Positions 40,296 through 49,541 are shown, counted from the stretch's first letter. The stretch is 64,000 nucleotides of DNA from Spirochaetia bacterium (GCA_965203515.1 OZ241907.1:1120001-1184000); one strand, 5' to 3'. Notes: generated by a model from the sequence alone, not told the origin. Program-made: numbers and translations.

Positions 40296-40745
40296 ATGAG
40301 AGCGGTGGTGCAGCGCGTGGCGCGGTGCGCGGTGACCCCGGCGGGCGAAGCGCCCCGGCGGCAGGGTCCCGGCCTGCTGATCTACGTCGGCGTGGAGCGC
40401 GGCGACGGCGAGGCGGACGCCGCCTACATCGCCGACAAGGCGGCCGGACTGCGCGTGTTCCTCGACGACGGCGGCAAGATGAACCGCTCGGTCGCAGACA
40501 TCGGCGGCGCGGTCACGGTCGTATCGCAGTTCACGCTGGCCGGCGACGCGCGCCGCGGTCGCCGCCCGTCGTTCACGCAGGCGGAGGCCCCGGAGCGGGC
40601 GCAGGCGCTGTACGAGCGGCTGGTCGACCTGCTGCGCACGGCCGGCCTGCCGGTGCGCACCGGCGTCTTCCGCGCCTCCATGCAGGTGGAATCCTGCAAT
40701 GACGGCCCCGTGACCATCCTGCTCGACTCGCGGCGCACCTTCTAA
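40296..40745 (+). CDS. dtd: D-aminoacyl-tRNA deacylase
   Basis: MRAVVQRV, VSQFTL, GRRPSF, NDGPVT. Confidence 0.97.
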   Translation: MRAVVQRVARCAVTPAGEAPRRQGPGLLIYVGVERGDGEADAAYIADKAAGLRVFLDDGGKMNRSVADIGGAVTVVSQFTLAGDARRGRRPSFTQAEAPERAQALYERLVDLLRTAGLPVRTGVFRASMQVESCNDGPVTILLDSRRTF

Positions 40746-40821
40746 GGGTGTCGCGCCGCGCGCTGCCCGGTTGCGCGCAGGCGCGGCGCAACGCCGGCCG
40801 GCGGGCCCGTGCGCATGCGTG

Positions 40822-40851
40822 TTGACCGCCGCGGCGCGCACCCGGTAGACT
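40822..40851 (+). promoter_or_regulatory. Putative sigma70 promoter upstream of recA
   Basis: TTGACC-18 nt-TAGACT, ~247 nt before the recA ATG. Confidence 0.55.
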
Positions 40852-40912
40852 GCCGGCGACAACTGGGAGGATGAGACTGGCGGATCATCCACGCCGTTCC
40901 ATGCAATCGACC

Positions 40913-41012
40913 AGTCGGGCGCATTTCCAAGATGCAGGGAGGCGTCGGCCGGCTTGGCGGACAGGAGAGCTTCCTTATCAGGGCTTGCCAAGCAATGGAA
41001 ATGCGCGCGACT
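40913..41012 (+). repeat. Inverted-repeat element, copy 1 (MITE-like or structured RNA)
   Basis: AGTCGGGCGCATTTCCA / TGGAAATGCGCGCGACT (16/17 complementary); core GCGTCGGCCGGCTTGGCGG shared with 51618-51693. Confidence 0.75.
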
Positions 41013-41098
41013 AGAAGCGCTGCCGCGGCACGGTGCGTATCTGTCTGTGAACGAAGCGTTCGCAGACCGGGCGCAGACCCGGGGAAGGAGTAGCACAG

Positions 41099-42208
41099 AT
41101 GGCAAGACGTTCCGACGGCCGCACGGCTCAATCGACCGGCAACGGCGCCCGCGGCGCCCTGCAGGCCGAACGCCGGCAGGCGCTCGACGCCGCGCGCCTG
41201 CAGATCGAGAAGCAGTTCGGCAAGGGATCGCTGATGCGGTTGGGGGAGGGGACCGGGCACCACGATCAACCGGCGATCCACTCCGGCTCCATCCTGCTCG
41301 ATGCCGCCCTGGGCGTCGGCGGCTATCCGAAAGGCCGGATCGTGGAGATCTTCGGTCCCGAGTCATCGGGAAAGACGACGCTCGCCCTGCACGCGATCGC
41401 GGAGGCGCAGCGCCGCGGCGGCATCGCGGCGTTCATCGACGCCGAGCACGCCCTCGATCCGGTCTACGCCAAGAGTCTTGGCGTCGATACCGACGAACTG
41501 TGGGTGTCGCAGCCCGACAACGGCGAACAGGCCCTGGAGATCGTGGAATCGCTGGTCCGCTCGGGCGCGGTCGACATCGTGGTCGTCGACTCGGTCGCCG
41601 CGCTCACCCCGCGGGCCGAGATCGAAGGAGAGATGGGCGACTCCCACATGGGGCTGCAGGCGCGGTTGATGAGCCAGGCGCTGCGCAAGCTCACCGCCAC
41701 GATCGCCAAGTCCGGCACCTGCCTGATCTTCATCAACCAGATCCGCATGAAGATCGGCGTCATGTTCGGCAACCCGGAGACCACCACCGGCGGCAACGCC
41801 TTGAAGTTCTACTCCTCGGTACGCCTGGAGGTCCGCAAGATCGAAACGATTCAGCGGACCGGAGAGAACGCGATCGGCAACCGGGTCCGCATCAAGGTGG
41901 TCAAGAACAAGGTGGCGCCGCCGTTCCGTCGCGCCGAGCTGGAGATCATGTTCGGCACCGGATTGTCGGCTTCCGGCAGCCTGCTGGAGGCGGCGCTCCA
42001 GCAGAACATCGTGGAGAAGAGCGGCACCTGGTACTCATACGACGGAGAGCGCATCGGTCAGGGACGGGAGAACGCCAAGGCGTTTCTGGACGCGCAGCCG
42101 CAGACGGCCGCCGCCATCGAGGGCAAGGTCCGCGCGTTGCTGTTTCCCGGTGCCGACGCGCCGGCCGGATCATCGCAGACCGAAGGTAACGGCGCGGGGC
42201 AGGCCTGA
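41099..42208 (+). CDS. recA: Recombinase RecA
   Basis: [48 protein letters not shown]. Confidence 0.99.
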   Translation: MARRSDGRTAQSTGNGARGALQAERRQALDAARLQIEKQFGKGSLMRLGEGTGHHDQPAIHSGSILLDAALGVGGYPKGRIVEIFGPESSGKTTLALHAIAEAQRRGGIAAFIDAEHALDPVYAKSLGVDTDELWVSQPDNGEQALEIVESLVRSGAVDIVVVDSVAALTPRAEIEGEMGDSHMGLQARLMSQALRKLTATIAKSGTCLIFINQIRMKIGVMFGNPETTTGGNALKFYSSVRLEVRKIETIQRTGENAIGNRVRIKVVKNKVAPPFRRAELEIMFGTGLSASGSLLEAALQQNIVEKSGTWYSYDGERIGQGRENAKAFLDAQPQTAAAIEGKVRALLFPGADAPAGSSQTEGNGAGQA

Positions 42209-42281
42209 CGGCCAGCCCCGAACGCCGCTCTTCCGGGGAGGGGAAGGAGCGATCAGCCAACGACCACACGCCGGCGATGGG

Positions 42282-42995
42282 GTGCGCTACCGGCTCGACG
42301 ACTTCGACGGGCCGCTGGATCTGCTGCTGCACCTGGTGCGAAGCGCCCAGGTCAACGTCTGGAACATCCCGATCGCCAGCATCACCGAACAGTACTTGGC
42401 GTTCCTGGACGCATCGCCGGAGCTGGACCTGGAGCGGGCCACCGACTTCTGCCGCATGGCGGCGACCCTGCTTCACATCAAGTCACGGATGCTGCTGCCG
42501 GTCGGCGGCGCTTCCGGGCAGTTCGATGACGAGGACCCGCGCGCCGAGCTCGTGGAGCAACTCATCGAGTACCGGCGGCTGCGCATGCTCGGCGACGTCC
42601 TTGCCGATCGCTTCGAGCCGCACGAGTGGAACATCGTGCCGGAACGCCGCATCCACGCGGCGCAGGAGGCCCTCGGGGATGAAGATGACGACGACGCGGC
42701 CGAGCCGGACGGCTCGGCCGCCGAGCTGCTGGAGATGTATCGAGAGCTGCGGTCCGGGCTTGCCGAGGCGATGCCGTTCGACCTGGACGATGGCGTGACC
42801 GTGGCGGAAAAGGTGACGCTGCTGCACGAGCGCCTGGCTCGTCAGACGCGGGTGAGCTTCGACGTGCTGGTCCGGGTCGGGTCGGCGGTGGAGCTGGTCT
42901 GTGTGCTGCTCGCCATCCTGGAGGTGGTGAAGGCGGGCCGCGCCCGCGTCTTCCAGAACGCTCCGTTCGCGGCGATCGCACTGGAGGCGCGATGA
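42282..42995 (+). CDS. scpA: Segregation/condensation protein ScpA
   Basis: FDGPLDLLLHL, ITEQYL, MAATLLHIKSRMLLP, DPRAELV; start codon uncertain. Confidence 0.93.
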   Translation: MRYRLDDFDGPLDLLLHLVRSAQVNVWNIPIASITEQYLAFLDASPELDLERATDFCRMAATLLHIKSRMLLPVGGASGQFDDEDPRAELVEQLIEYRRLRMLGDVLADRFEPHEWNIVPERRIHAAQEALGDEDDDDAAEPDGSAAELLEMYRELRSGLAEAMPFDLDDGVTVAEKVTLLHERLARQTRVSFDVLVRVGSAVELVCVLLAILEVVKAGRARVFQNAPFAAIALEAR

Positions 42996-43618
42996 TGCCC
43001 GCCGGCGGGGACGGGGCGGCGCCGGAGCCCGCCGCGCATGCGGAAGCGGCCGTCGCGGGAAACGGGTCGAACGGATCCCGGCGCGAGGCGGCCAACGAGC
43101 CGGTCGTCGAAGCGGCGCTGCTGCTCGAAGGCCACCCGGCGACGCCGGCGCGGCTGGCGCGGATCACCGGTCTGTCGGTCGCGGAGATCGAGCGCTGCCT
43201 GGCCACGCTTCGCCGACGGTACGCGACGCCGGAGCATGGTCTGCAGATCGCCCGCGTCGCCGACTGCTACTCGCTCGTGCCGAAGGCGGAGCTGTGGGAG
43301 CGGCTGCGCCAGCACTACGGCAACGGCACCGGCAAGCGCCTGTCGCGCGCCGCCCTGGAGACCTTGACGATCATCGCCTACCAGCAACCGGTGACGCGCA
43401 GTCAGATCGAGGCGATGCGCGGCGTGTCGGCCGACGCGATGATCCGCTTGCTGAGCGACCGGCAACTGATCCGCCCGGTCGGCTACAAGGAGGACTCCAT
43501 CGGCCGCCCGACCCTGTTCGGGACGACCAACCGATTCCTCGAGAACTTCGGTATGGAAACGATCGACGACCTGCCGAAGCTCGACAGCGTGGAAGAGAGC
43601 CGATTCCTGAGAACCTGA
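42992..43618 (+). CDS. scpB: SMC-Scp complex subunit ScpB
   Basis: LSRAALETL.IIAYQQPVTR..IEAMRGV, GRPTLFGTT. Confidence 0.96.
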   Translation: MMPAGGDGAAPEPAAHAEAAVAGNGSNGSRREAANEPVVEAALLLEGHPATPARLARITGLSVAEIERCLATLRRRYATPEHGLQIARVADCYSLVPKAELWERLRQHYGNGTGKRLSRAALETLTIIAYQQPVTRSQIEAMRGVSADAMIRLLSDRQLIRPVGYKEDSIGRPTLFGTTNRFLENFGMETIDDLPKLDSVEESRFLRT

Positions 43619-43619
43619 C

Positions 43620-44342
43620 GTGCGCCTCAACCTCTACCTCGCGCGCGGCGGGGTCGCTTCCCGGCGCGCGTCGGACGCCCTGATCGCCGCCGGCCGGGTG
43701 ACGGTGAACGGCTCGACGGTGACGCGGCTCGGCGTCGCCGTCCGGGACGGCGATCGCGTCTGCCTGGACGGGAACCCGGTGCGGCTCCGCACCCCCGGCC
43801 GCTATCTCGCGCTCCACAAACCGCCCGGATTCGTCTGCACCGCGCGCGATCCGCAGGGCCGGCGGCGCGCCGAGGAGCTGCTCGCCGGCGCCGGTGCCCG
43901 TGACCGGCTGTTCGGCGTCGGCCGGCTCGACTACCGATCGAGCGGCCTGCTGCTGTTTACCGACGACGGCGCGTTCGCGCTACGCGCCGCGCATCCTTCC
44001 TACGGCGTGGAAAAGGACTACCTGGTGCGGACGGCCGGCGGCGCGCCGATCCCGGACGATCTGCTGCGCAGGTACCGGGACGGCCTGCTGGTCGACGGCG
44101 AGCGCTACCGACTGCAGCGCTACGCCCGCCGCGCCGGCGACCGGGCGCTCCTGACCTTGTCGACCGGCCGGAACCGGGAGATCCGTCGGGTCTTCGCCGC
44201 GGCCGGCATCGAGCTCGGCAGCGTGCACCGTGTCCGCATCGGTCCCGTCCGCCTGGGGCGGCTCGACGCCGGCCGTCACCGGGAGCTGGCGGACGAAGAG
44301 GTCGCATGGTTCCTGCGGCTCGCAAGACGGTCGTCGCGATAG
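43620..44342 (+). CDS. RsuA/RluB-family rRNA pseudouridine synthase
   Basis: S4 domain RLNLYLA..G.ASRR, HKPPG, VGRLDY.SSGLLLFTDDG, GRNREIRR. Confidence 0.92.
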   Translation: MRLNLYLARGGVASRRASDALIAAGRVTVNGSTVTRLGVAVRDGDRVCLDGNPVRLRTPGRYLALHKPPGFVCTARDPQGRRRAEELLAGAGARDRLFGVGRLDYRSSGLLLFTDDGAFALRAAHPSYGVEKDYLVRTAGGAPIPDDLLRRYRDGLLVDGERYRLQRYARRAGDRALLTLSTGRNREIRRVFAAAGIELGSVHRVRIGPVRLGRLDAGRHRELADEEVAWFLRLARRSSR

Positions 44343-44977
44343 ACGGTCCGGCCGCGGCCGGCAAGTCGACCGCCGCGCGCTGTCTGGCCGACCGTCTCGG
44401 GTTTCGGTACATCAGTTCCGGTCTGCTGTACCGGGCGGCATCGGCGGTCGCCCTGCGCGCGTGCGGCGACCCCGCGGACGAGAGCGCGGTGGCCGCGGCG
44501 CTGGCCGCCGCCGGCCTGGCCGCAGTCGGGGCCGGCGTCACGGCCGCCGGCCGATCGCTGCCCGGCGAGGTGCTGCACGGCGCGGAGGTCGCCCGCTGGC
44601 TGGCCGCGCACACGGCGATGCGCGCGGTGCGGGCGCACGTCAACGCGCTGCTGCGGGCGGCGGCCGCCGAAGCGCCCTGCGTGATCGACGGACGGGACAT
44701 CGGCACCGAGGTGTTCCCGGATGCCGAAGCGAAGGTCTTCCTGGACGCGTCGGCGGCGGTGCGCGCCCGCCGCCGGCAGCGGCAGCAGGGAGGCGACGCG
44801 CAGGCCATCGCCGACGCGATCGCCGCCCGCGACGCGGCCGACCGGGGCAAGAGGTGGGGCCGGCTGGCGCAAGCGGCGGATGCCGTGCCGGTCGACACCA
44901 CGCACTTGACCGCCCGTGCGGTTTGTGACAGGCTGGCGGACATCGTGCGGTGCAGGGCGTGTCTTCGCGTGCGGTAG
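44306..44977 (+). CDS. cmk: Cytidylate kinase
   Basis: IDGPAAAGKST, SGLLYRA, DGRDIGT.VFPDA, RARRR; precedes rpsA. Confidence 0.93.
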   Translation: MVPAARKTVVAIDGPAAAGKSTAARCLADRLGFRYISSGLLYRAASAVALRACGDPADESAVAAALAAAGLAAVGAGVTAAGRSLPGEVLHGAEVARWLAAHTAMRAVRAHVNALLRAAAAEAPCVIDGRDIGTEVFPDAEAKVFLDASAAVRARRRQRQQGGDAQAIADAIAARDAADRGKRWGRLAQAADAVPVDTTHLTARAVCDRLADIVRCRACLRVR

Positions 44978-45076
44978 CGCATCGCCATCTCCAACGGTTG
45001 TATCCTCCATCGCGTTCATGTGCCATACTAGTCCCTTGTCGCGCGATCGCGCCTTTGGGCCGCAACGAGCAATCAG

Positions 45077-46771
45077 GTGAGTGAGAGAGACGATCAGGTC
45101 AGATCGGGTTCCGGCGACGGCAGCCTGCAGCAACAGTACGTAAACTCGTTTCAGCCGGTCGAGGAAGGCCAACTGCTGAACGGGAAGGTGATCGAAGTGG
45201 GGCCGGAGCTGGTCTACATCGACGTCGGCCTGAAGTCCGAAGGACGCGTTCCGGTGGCGGAGTTCACCGAGCTTCCGGAGGTGGGGCAGTCGGTCGACGT
45301 GGTGCTGCTGCGCAAGGAGAGCCGCTCCGGAGAGGTGATCGTCTCCCGGCGCAAGGCGGAAGAGCAGCTCCTGTGGCGGACGCTCAGGACCGCGGCCGAG
45401 CAGCGAACGCCGATCCAGGGAATCATCCGCCGCAAGATCAAGGGCGGCTACGAAGTCGATCTGGGCGCCGGCACGCGGGCGTTCGTGCCGTTCTCCAAAG
45501 TCGACATCATGCGCGTCCGCAACGAGGACGACTATCTGAACCTGCAGACCTCGTTCTTCGTCGAGCAGCTCTTCAGCAAGGGACGCGCCAACGTCGTGGT
45601 CAACCGCCGCGACTGGCTGGAGCAGGAGATCAAGAACCGTCGGGAGCAGTTCTACGACCACGCGGAGGTCGGCGCCGTGGTCGAAGGCACCGTCAAGTCG
45701 TTCACCTCCTTCGGGGCGTTCGTCGACCTGGGCGGTTTCGACGGGTTGCTGCACGTCAACGACATGCGCTGGGGGCACGTGGCGTCGCCCCGCGATCTCG
45801 TCGAGATCGGCCAGCAGCTCACCGTCATGATCATCCGGCTCGATCGCGAAGCCCAGAAGGTGAATCTCAGCCTCAAGCACTTCACCGAGGATCCGTGGAC
45901 CACGTTCGAAGAGCGGTTCCAGGTGGGCGACACGGTACGCGGCACGGTAACCAAGCTGACCGACTTCGGGGCGTTCGTGGCGATCGCCGACGGCATCGAG
46001 GGGCTCGTGCACGTGTCGGACCTGTCCTGGGTGAAGCGCGTGCGCCACCCCAAGGAGATACTGGCCCCCGGTGACGAGATGGAGGTCAAGGTCCTCGCCT
46101 ACGACCTGGAGCACGCAAAGTTGTCGCTCGGCCTCAAGCAGCTCCTGGCCAACCCGTGGGACGACGTGCCGGAGCGTTACCCGGTCGGCCGGCGCATCAC
46201 CGCCCGCGTCAGCAACCTGGTCAGCTTCGGGGCCTTTCTCAACATCGAGGAAGGGATCGACGGACTGTTGCACGTGGAGGACATGTCCTGGACCGAGCGC
46301 GTCGCCGACCCTTCGACGGTCGTCAAGGTCGGGGACGAGATCGAGGTGATGGTGCTCATGGTCGATCCGCGCCAGCGTCGCATCAAGCTCGGCTTGAAGC
46401 AGCTCACCGAGGATCCCTGGACCACGTTGGCGCGCGCCTACAAGAAGGGCTCGGAGATCACCGGAACGGTGAGCCGCAAGGCCGACTTCGGCGTGTTCGT
46501 GACGGTCGAAGGCGATCTGGAAGGGCTGATCAGCAAGAACCACCTGACCACCGGAGACGCATCGTTCGAAGAGGCGTCCAACGCGCTCAAGATCGGCGAC
46601 CCGATCCAGGCGCTCGTGCTGGAGATCAACCCGCAGAGCCAGCGGATGGCGCTGTCGGTTCGCGAGCTGCGGCGCCGGCAGGTCCGCGCCGACCTGGTGC
46701 AGTACACGCACACCGACGGCAGCGACACCGTGCCGCTGGGCGACTTGGTTCGCCGTAAGAATTCGGGGTAG
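45077..46771 (+). CDS. rpsA: 30S ribosomal protein S1
   Basis: Tandem S1 domains (GLKSEG, FGAFVDLGGFDGLLHV, IEGLVHVSDLSW, DGLLHVEDMSW). Confidence 0.98.
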   Translation: MSERDDQVRSGSGDGSLQQQYVNSFQPVEEGQLLNGKVIEVGPELVYIDVGLKSEGRVPVAEFTELPEVGQSVDVVLLRKESRSGEVIVSRRKAEEQLLWRTLRTAAEQRTPIQGIIRRKIKGGYEVDLGAGTRAFVPFSKVDIMRVRNEDDYLNLQTSFFVEQLFSKGRANVVVNRRDWLEQEIKNRREQFYDHAEVGAVVEGTVKSFTSFGAFVDLGGFDGLLHVNDMRWGHVASPRDLVEIGQQLTVMIIRLDREAQKVNLSLKHFTEDPWTTFEERFQVGDTVRGTVTKLTDFGAFVAIADGIEGLVHVSDLSWVKRVRHPKEILAPGDEMEVKVLAYDLEHAKLSLGLKQLLANPWDDVPERYPVGRRITARVSNLVSFGAFLNIEEGIDGLLHVEDMSWTERVADPSTVVKVGDEIEVMVLMVDPRQRRIKLGLKQLTEDPWTTLARAYKKGSEITGTVSRKADFGVFVTVEGDLEGLISKNHLTTGDASFEEASNALKIGDPIQALVLEINPQSQRMALSVRELRRRQVRADLVQYTHTDGSDTVPLGDLVRRKNSG

Positions 46772-46845
46772 GGCAGCGCTCCGGCGACCGAGCACGTGAT
46801 GCCGCGTCCCCACATCGCCGCCGGCGCCCGAAGCCGGACGCGCTG

Positions 46846-47796
46846 ATGCAACCGGATGTCGTCGCCGTCGATCGCACGATGCAGGCGAAGGTGGCGGTCG
46901 CCACGCGCGCCGCGGCGACCGACCTGTCCGTGCTGCTGCTCGGCGAGCACGGCGTCGGCAAGACGTTGTTCGCTCGCCTGATCCACGCCGCATCGGCCCG
47001 CCGCGCCGGTCCGTTCGAGGAAGTCAACTGCGCGGCGGTACCGCCGGACCTGCTGGAGGCCGAGCTGTTCGGCGGTGCGGACGGCAGCCCGCACCCGGCC
47101 GGCGCCGGCCATCGGCCGGGCCGGCTGGAGCGCGCCGACCGCGGCACCGTCCTGCTCGACGCCGTCGGCGACCTCTCCCCGCCGATGCAGGCCAAGCTCC
47201 TCGGCACGCTCCAGCACGGCCGCATCTATCCGGTCGGCGGCGCCGGACGGACCGTGCGCACGCGCATCATCGCCGCCAGCGACCTCGACCTGGAAAGCCA
47301 GGTCGAGCGCGGAGCGTTTCGGCGCGACCTGTTCTATCGGCTCAACGTCCTGCCGATCTACCTGCCGCCGCTGCGCGAGCGGCCGGATGACGTCACCGCG
47401 TTGGCCAATCACTTCCTGGCGCGGTCGTGCGCCGCCTCCGGCCGCGGCATGCTCCGGTTCACGGCGTCGGCGATGGCGGCCCTGCAGGAGCACCGTTGGC
47501 CCGGCAACGTGCGCGAACTCGCCAACACGGTCGAACGCGCTGCGATCGACGTCGCCGCCCATGCCTCGAGCGTCGAAGCGCATCACCTCAGCCTCGGCGC
47601 CGCCTTGCAGGACCATGCCATCGACGCGTACCATGGAGAGTCCCTGAAAGAGGCCGTGCGCGCCTACAAGCGCCGCTTCATTCGCGGCGCGCTGGAGTCG
47701 CACGGCTGGAATCAGACCAGTACGTCGCGCTCGCTGGGAATCCAGCGCACGTACCTGTCGCGCCTGATCAAGGAACTGGAGATCTCGAACCGATGA
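46846..47796 (+). CDS. Sigma-54 activator-like AAA+ / Fis-HTH regulator, degenerate
   Basis: GEHGVGKT, VNCAA, ELFG, FRRDLFYRLNV, WPGNVREL, HTH; no GAFTGA loop, Walker B reads LLDA, no sensor domain. Confidence 0.85.
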   Translation: MQPDVVAVDRTMQAKVAVATRAAATDLSVLLLGEHGVGKTLFARLIHAASARRAGPFEEVNCAAVPPDLLEAELFGGADGSPHPAGAGHRPGRLERADRGTVLLDAVGDLSPPMQAKLLGTLQHGRIYPVGGAGRTVRTRIIAASDLDLESQVERGAFRRDLFYRLNVLPIYLPPLRERPDDVTALANHFLARSCAASGRGMLRFTASAMAALQEHRWPGNVRELANTVERAAIDVAAHASSVEAHHLSLGAALQDHAIDAYHGESLKEAVRAYKRRFIRGALESHGWNQTSTSRSLGIQRTYLSRLIKELEISNR

Positions 47797-48479
47797 GCGA
47801 AGCGCAGACCCGCGATCCCGTCCGCCTGGCCGACGCCGTCAGCCACGTCGTCTCCCGGCTGCGTATGCCGCTGCTGGCGCTGCTGGCGGCCGTCGCGGTC
47901 GTCCTGATCGTCACCCTGGTGATGACCGAACGGCGCCGGGCGCTGCTGGAGAACTCGACCGTGCTGATCGAAGAGGTGGAGAAGCGCTGGCTGGCCGTCC
48001 CCGCCGAAGAGCGCGCGAGCCTCGAAGACGAGATGCTGCCGCAGCTGGAGCTGCTGGCCGAACGCCACGGCCGCCGCTACGCCGGCAGACGGGCCCTGCA
48101 GTTGCTGGCCGCCCGTCACGTGGAGCGTGAGGAGTGGCAGGAGGCGGCCGACCGATTCACCGAGCTGGCCGACCGGTCTACCGGCTACCTGGGCGCGCTG
48201 GCGTTGAGCAACGCGGCGGTCGCCTACGAGGAGCTGGGCGACCGAGAGACCGCCGCGAACCGCTATCGCGAGGTCGCAAGCCGGTTTCCGGACGAGCTGG
48301 CGCTGGCTCCGCGGGCGCTGTTCTCGCTGGCGCGGCTTGAAGAGGAACGCGGCGACCCGGCCGCGGCCAACGATGCCTACGCCGCGCTGGAAGAGGCCTA
48401 CCCGGGCAGCCGCTGGTCGCTCCTGGCCCGCAATCGGCTGATCTACCTCCGGGCCGCCGGCACGCTTGACGGCCGCTGA
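47793..48479 (+). CDS. Membrane-anchored TPR protein (YfgM-like)
   Basis: One N-terminal TM helix then TPR helices (AAVAYEELGD, ALFSLARL, YPGSRW). Confidence 0.75.
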   Translation: MSEAQTRDPVRLADAVSHVVSRLRMPLLALLAAVAVVLIVTLVMTERRRALLENSTVLIEEVEKRWLAVPAEERASLEDEMLPQLELLAERHGRRYAGRRALQLLAARHVEREEWQEAADRFTELADRSTGYLGALALSNAAVAYEELGDRETAANRYREVASRFPDELALAPRALFSLARLEEERGDPAAANDAYAALEEAYPGSRWSLLARNRLIYLRAAGTLDGR

Positions 48480-49134
48480 TCCGCGCGCGCTGGCGGCGGC
48501 CGGCCGCGGGCTGGCCGTGGGCGTGTTGGCGATGCTGATCGGCGCGTGCGGTCTGCCGTCGCCGTCGACGCTGCGGAGCCCGAAAGATTGCCAAGGAGAC
48601 GTGCCGGGGGTGATGCGCTTCTGCGGGACCGCAGGAGGGGGGACCAATTTTCTGGGGTATGAAATATATTACAAGCTGATAACGTCGGGGGAGGAGACGC
48701 CGGACCCGCGCCATCATGACGATCTGCGCGCCCGGTTCGGACGCTTGTCGACGACCGCTTCCGTTCCGTGCGCCGGCGGCCGGCCACCGCTGGTGTCCGT
48801 CACGACCGCCCGAACGGATCACACGATCTCGCTCGACGTACGGAACCCGGACGAGCCGTTTCTGCGGTTTTCCTGGCAGGAGCAGGGGGCCCCCGTGCGC
48901 CGCGGCATCGAGGACGATGGCGATCCGCTCCGCGCCTGCCGGCGCTTCTCGACGATCGACGGCTACCGCGCCGGCCACCGGGACCTCAGCGCGGCCGCGG
49001 CCGCGGCGCTCACGGCGCGGACCGGAGCCCTGATCGACCTGGTCGCGTACGCGGTCAGCTACGGGCGCGACCGCGGCCAGCCGTTGTACAGCGCGCCGCT
49101 GCGGATCGGCCGCGAACGGCTCGATCTCTACTGA
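48466..49134 (+). CDS. Putative lipoprotein
   Basis: Lipobox LIGA-C; FLGYEIYYK segment; start uncertain. Confidence 0.65.
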   Translation: MTAADPRALAAAGRGLAVGVLAMLIGACGLPSPSTLRSPKDCQGDVPGVMRFCGTAGGGTNFLGYEIYYKLITSGEETPDPRHHDDLRARFGRLSTTASVPCAGGRPPLVSVTTARTDHTISLDVRNPDEPFLRFSWQEQGAPVRRGIEDDGDPLRACRRFSTIDGYRAGHRDLSAAAAAALTARTGALIDLVAYAVSYGRDRGQPLYSAPLRIGRERLDLY

Positions 49135-49147
49135 CGACCGATCAGGC

Positions 49148-49423
49148 GTGCTGGCGTACCTGAACGTCGCGCTTACCTACGTGGCGGTCGCCTTGGGCTG
49201 CGCGATCCTGATGTTCTACGTGGCGCGCCGGCCGGTGCCGGGCCGCTTCTGGGGAGCGCTGACCGTCGGCTTGATCGGCGCCGTGCTCGGCGGCGTCGCT
49301 GACCAGTTGCTGGCCGACGTCTTCGAGCGGCTGGCCGACGTCAACACCGTCAATCTGTTTGCCGCCGCCGGCGCGTCGTTGCTCTGCATCTGGCTGCTTT
49401 CCGGGACCGGTCATTCCAAGTGA
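49148..49423 (+). CDS. Small three-TM membrane protein (GlsB/YeaQ-like)
   Basis: Hydrophobic 91 aa; PGRFWGALTVGLIGAVLGG. Confidence 0.7.
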   Translation: MLAYLNVALTYVAVALGCAILMFYVARRPVPGRFWGALTVGLIGAVLGGVADQLLADVFERLADVNTVNLFAAAGASLLCIWLLSGTGHSK

Positions 49424-49465
49424 AGCGATCCCGCTCACGTCTTTCTGGAACCGCCTGCCGACTCA

Positions 49466-49493
49466 ACTTCCGATAATATATATTCTGTCAACC
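49466..49493 (+). other. Candidate dif site (XerC/XerD chromosome dimer resolution)
   Basis: ACTTCCGATAA-TATATA-TTCTGTCAACC; 11-6-11 layout resembling B. subtilis dif (ACTTCCTAGAA-TATATA-TTATGTAAACT); intergenic, AT-rich, at a gene-orientation switch. Confidence 0.75.
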
Positions 49494-49541
49494 AAGGTCG
49501 GTCGTCAAAACGGAAGCGCCGCTCCCCACCCCGTCCCGCTC

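Noticed and set aside
40858..41040. SRP or 6S RNA in the dtd-recA gap
   Set aside because: No SRP helix-8 motif; the rod structure is accounted for by the repeat element also present at 51.6 kb.
42235..42284. Non-canonical ATC start (42252) for scpA behind a purine-rich tract
   Set aside because: An in-frame GTG at 42282 precedes the conserved region; cannot be resolved from sequence alone.
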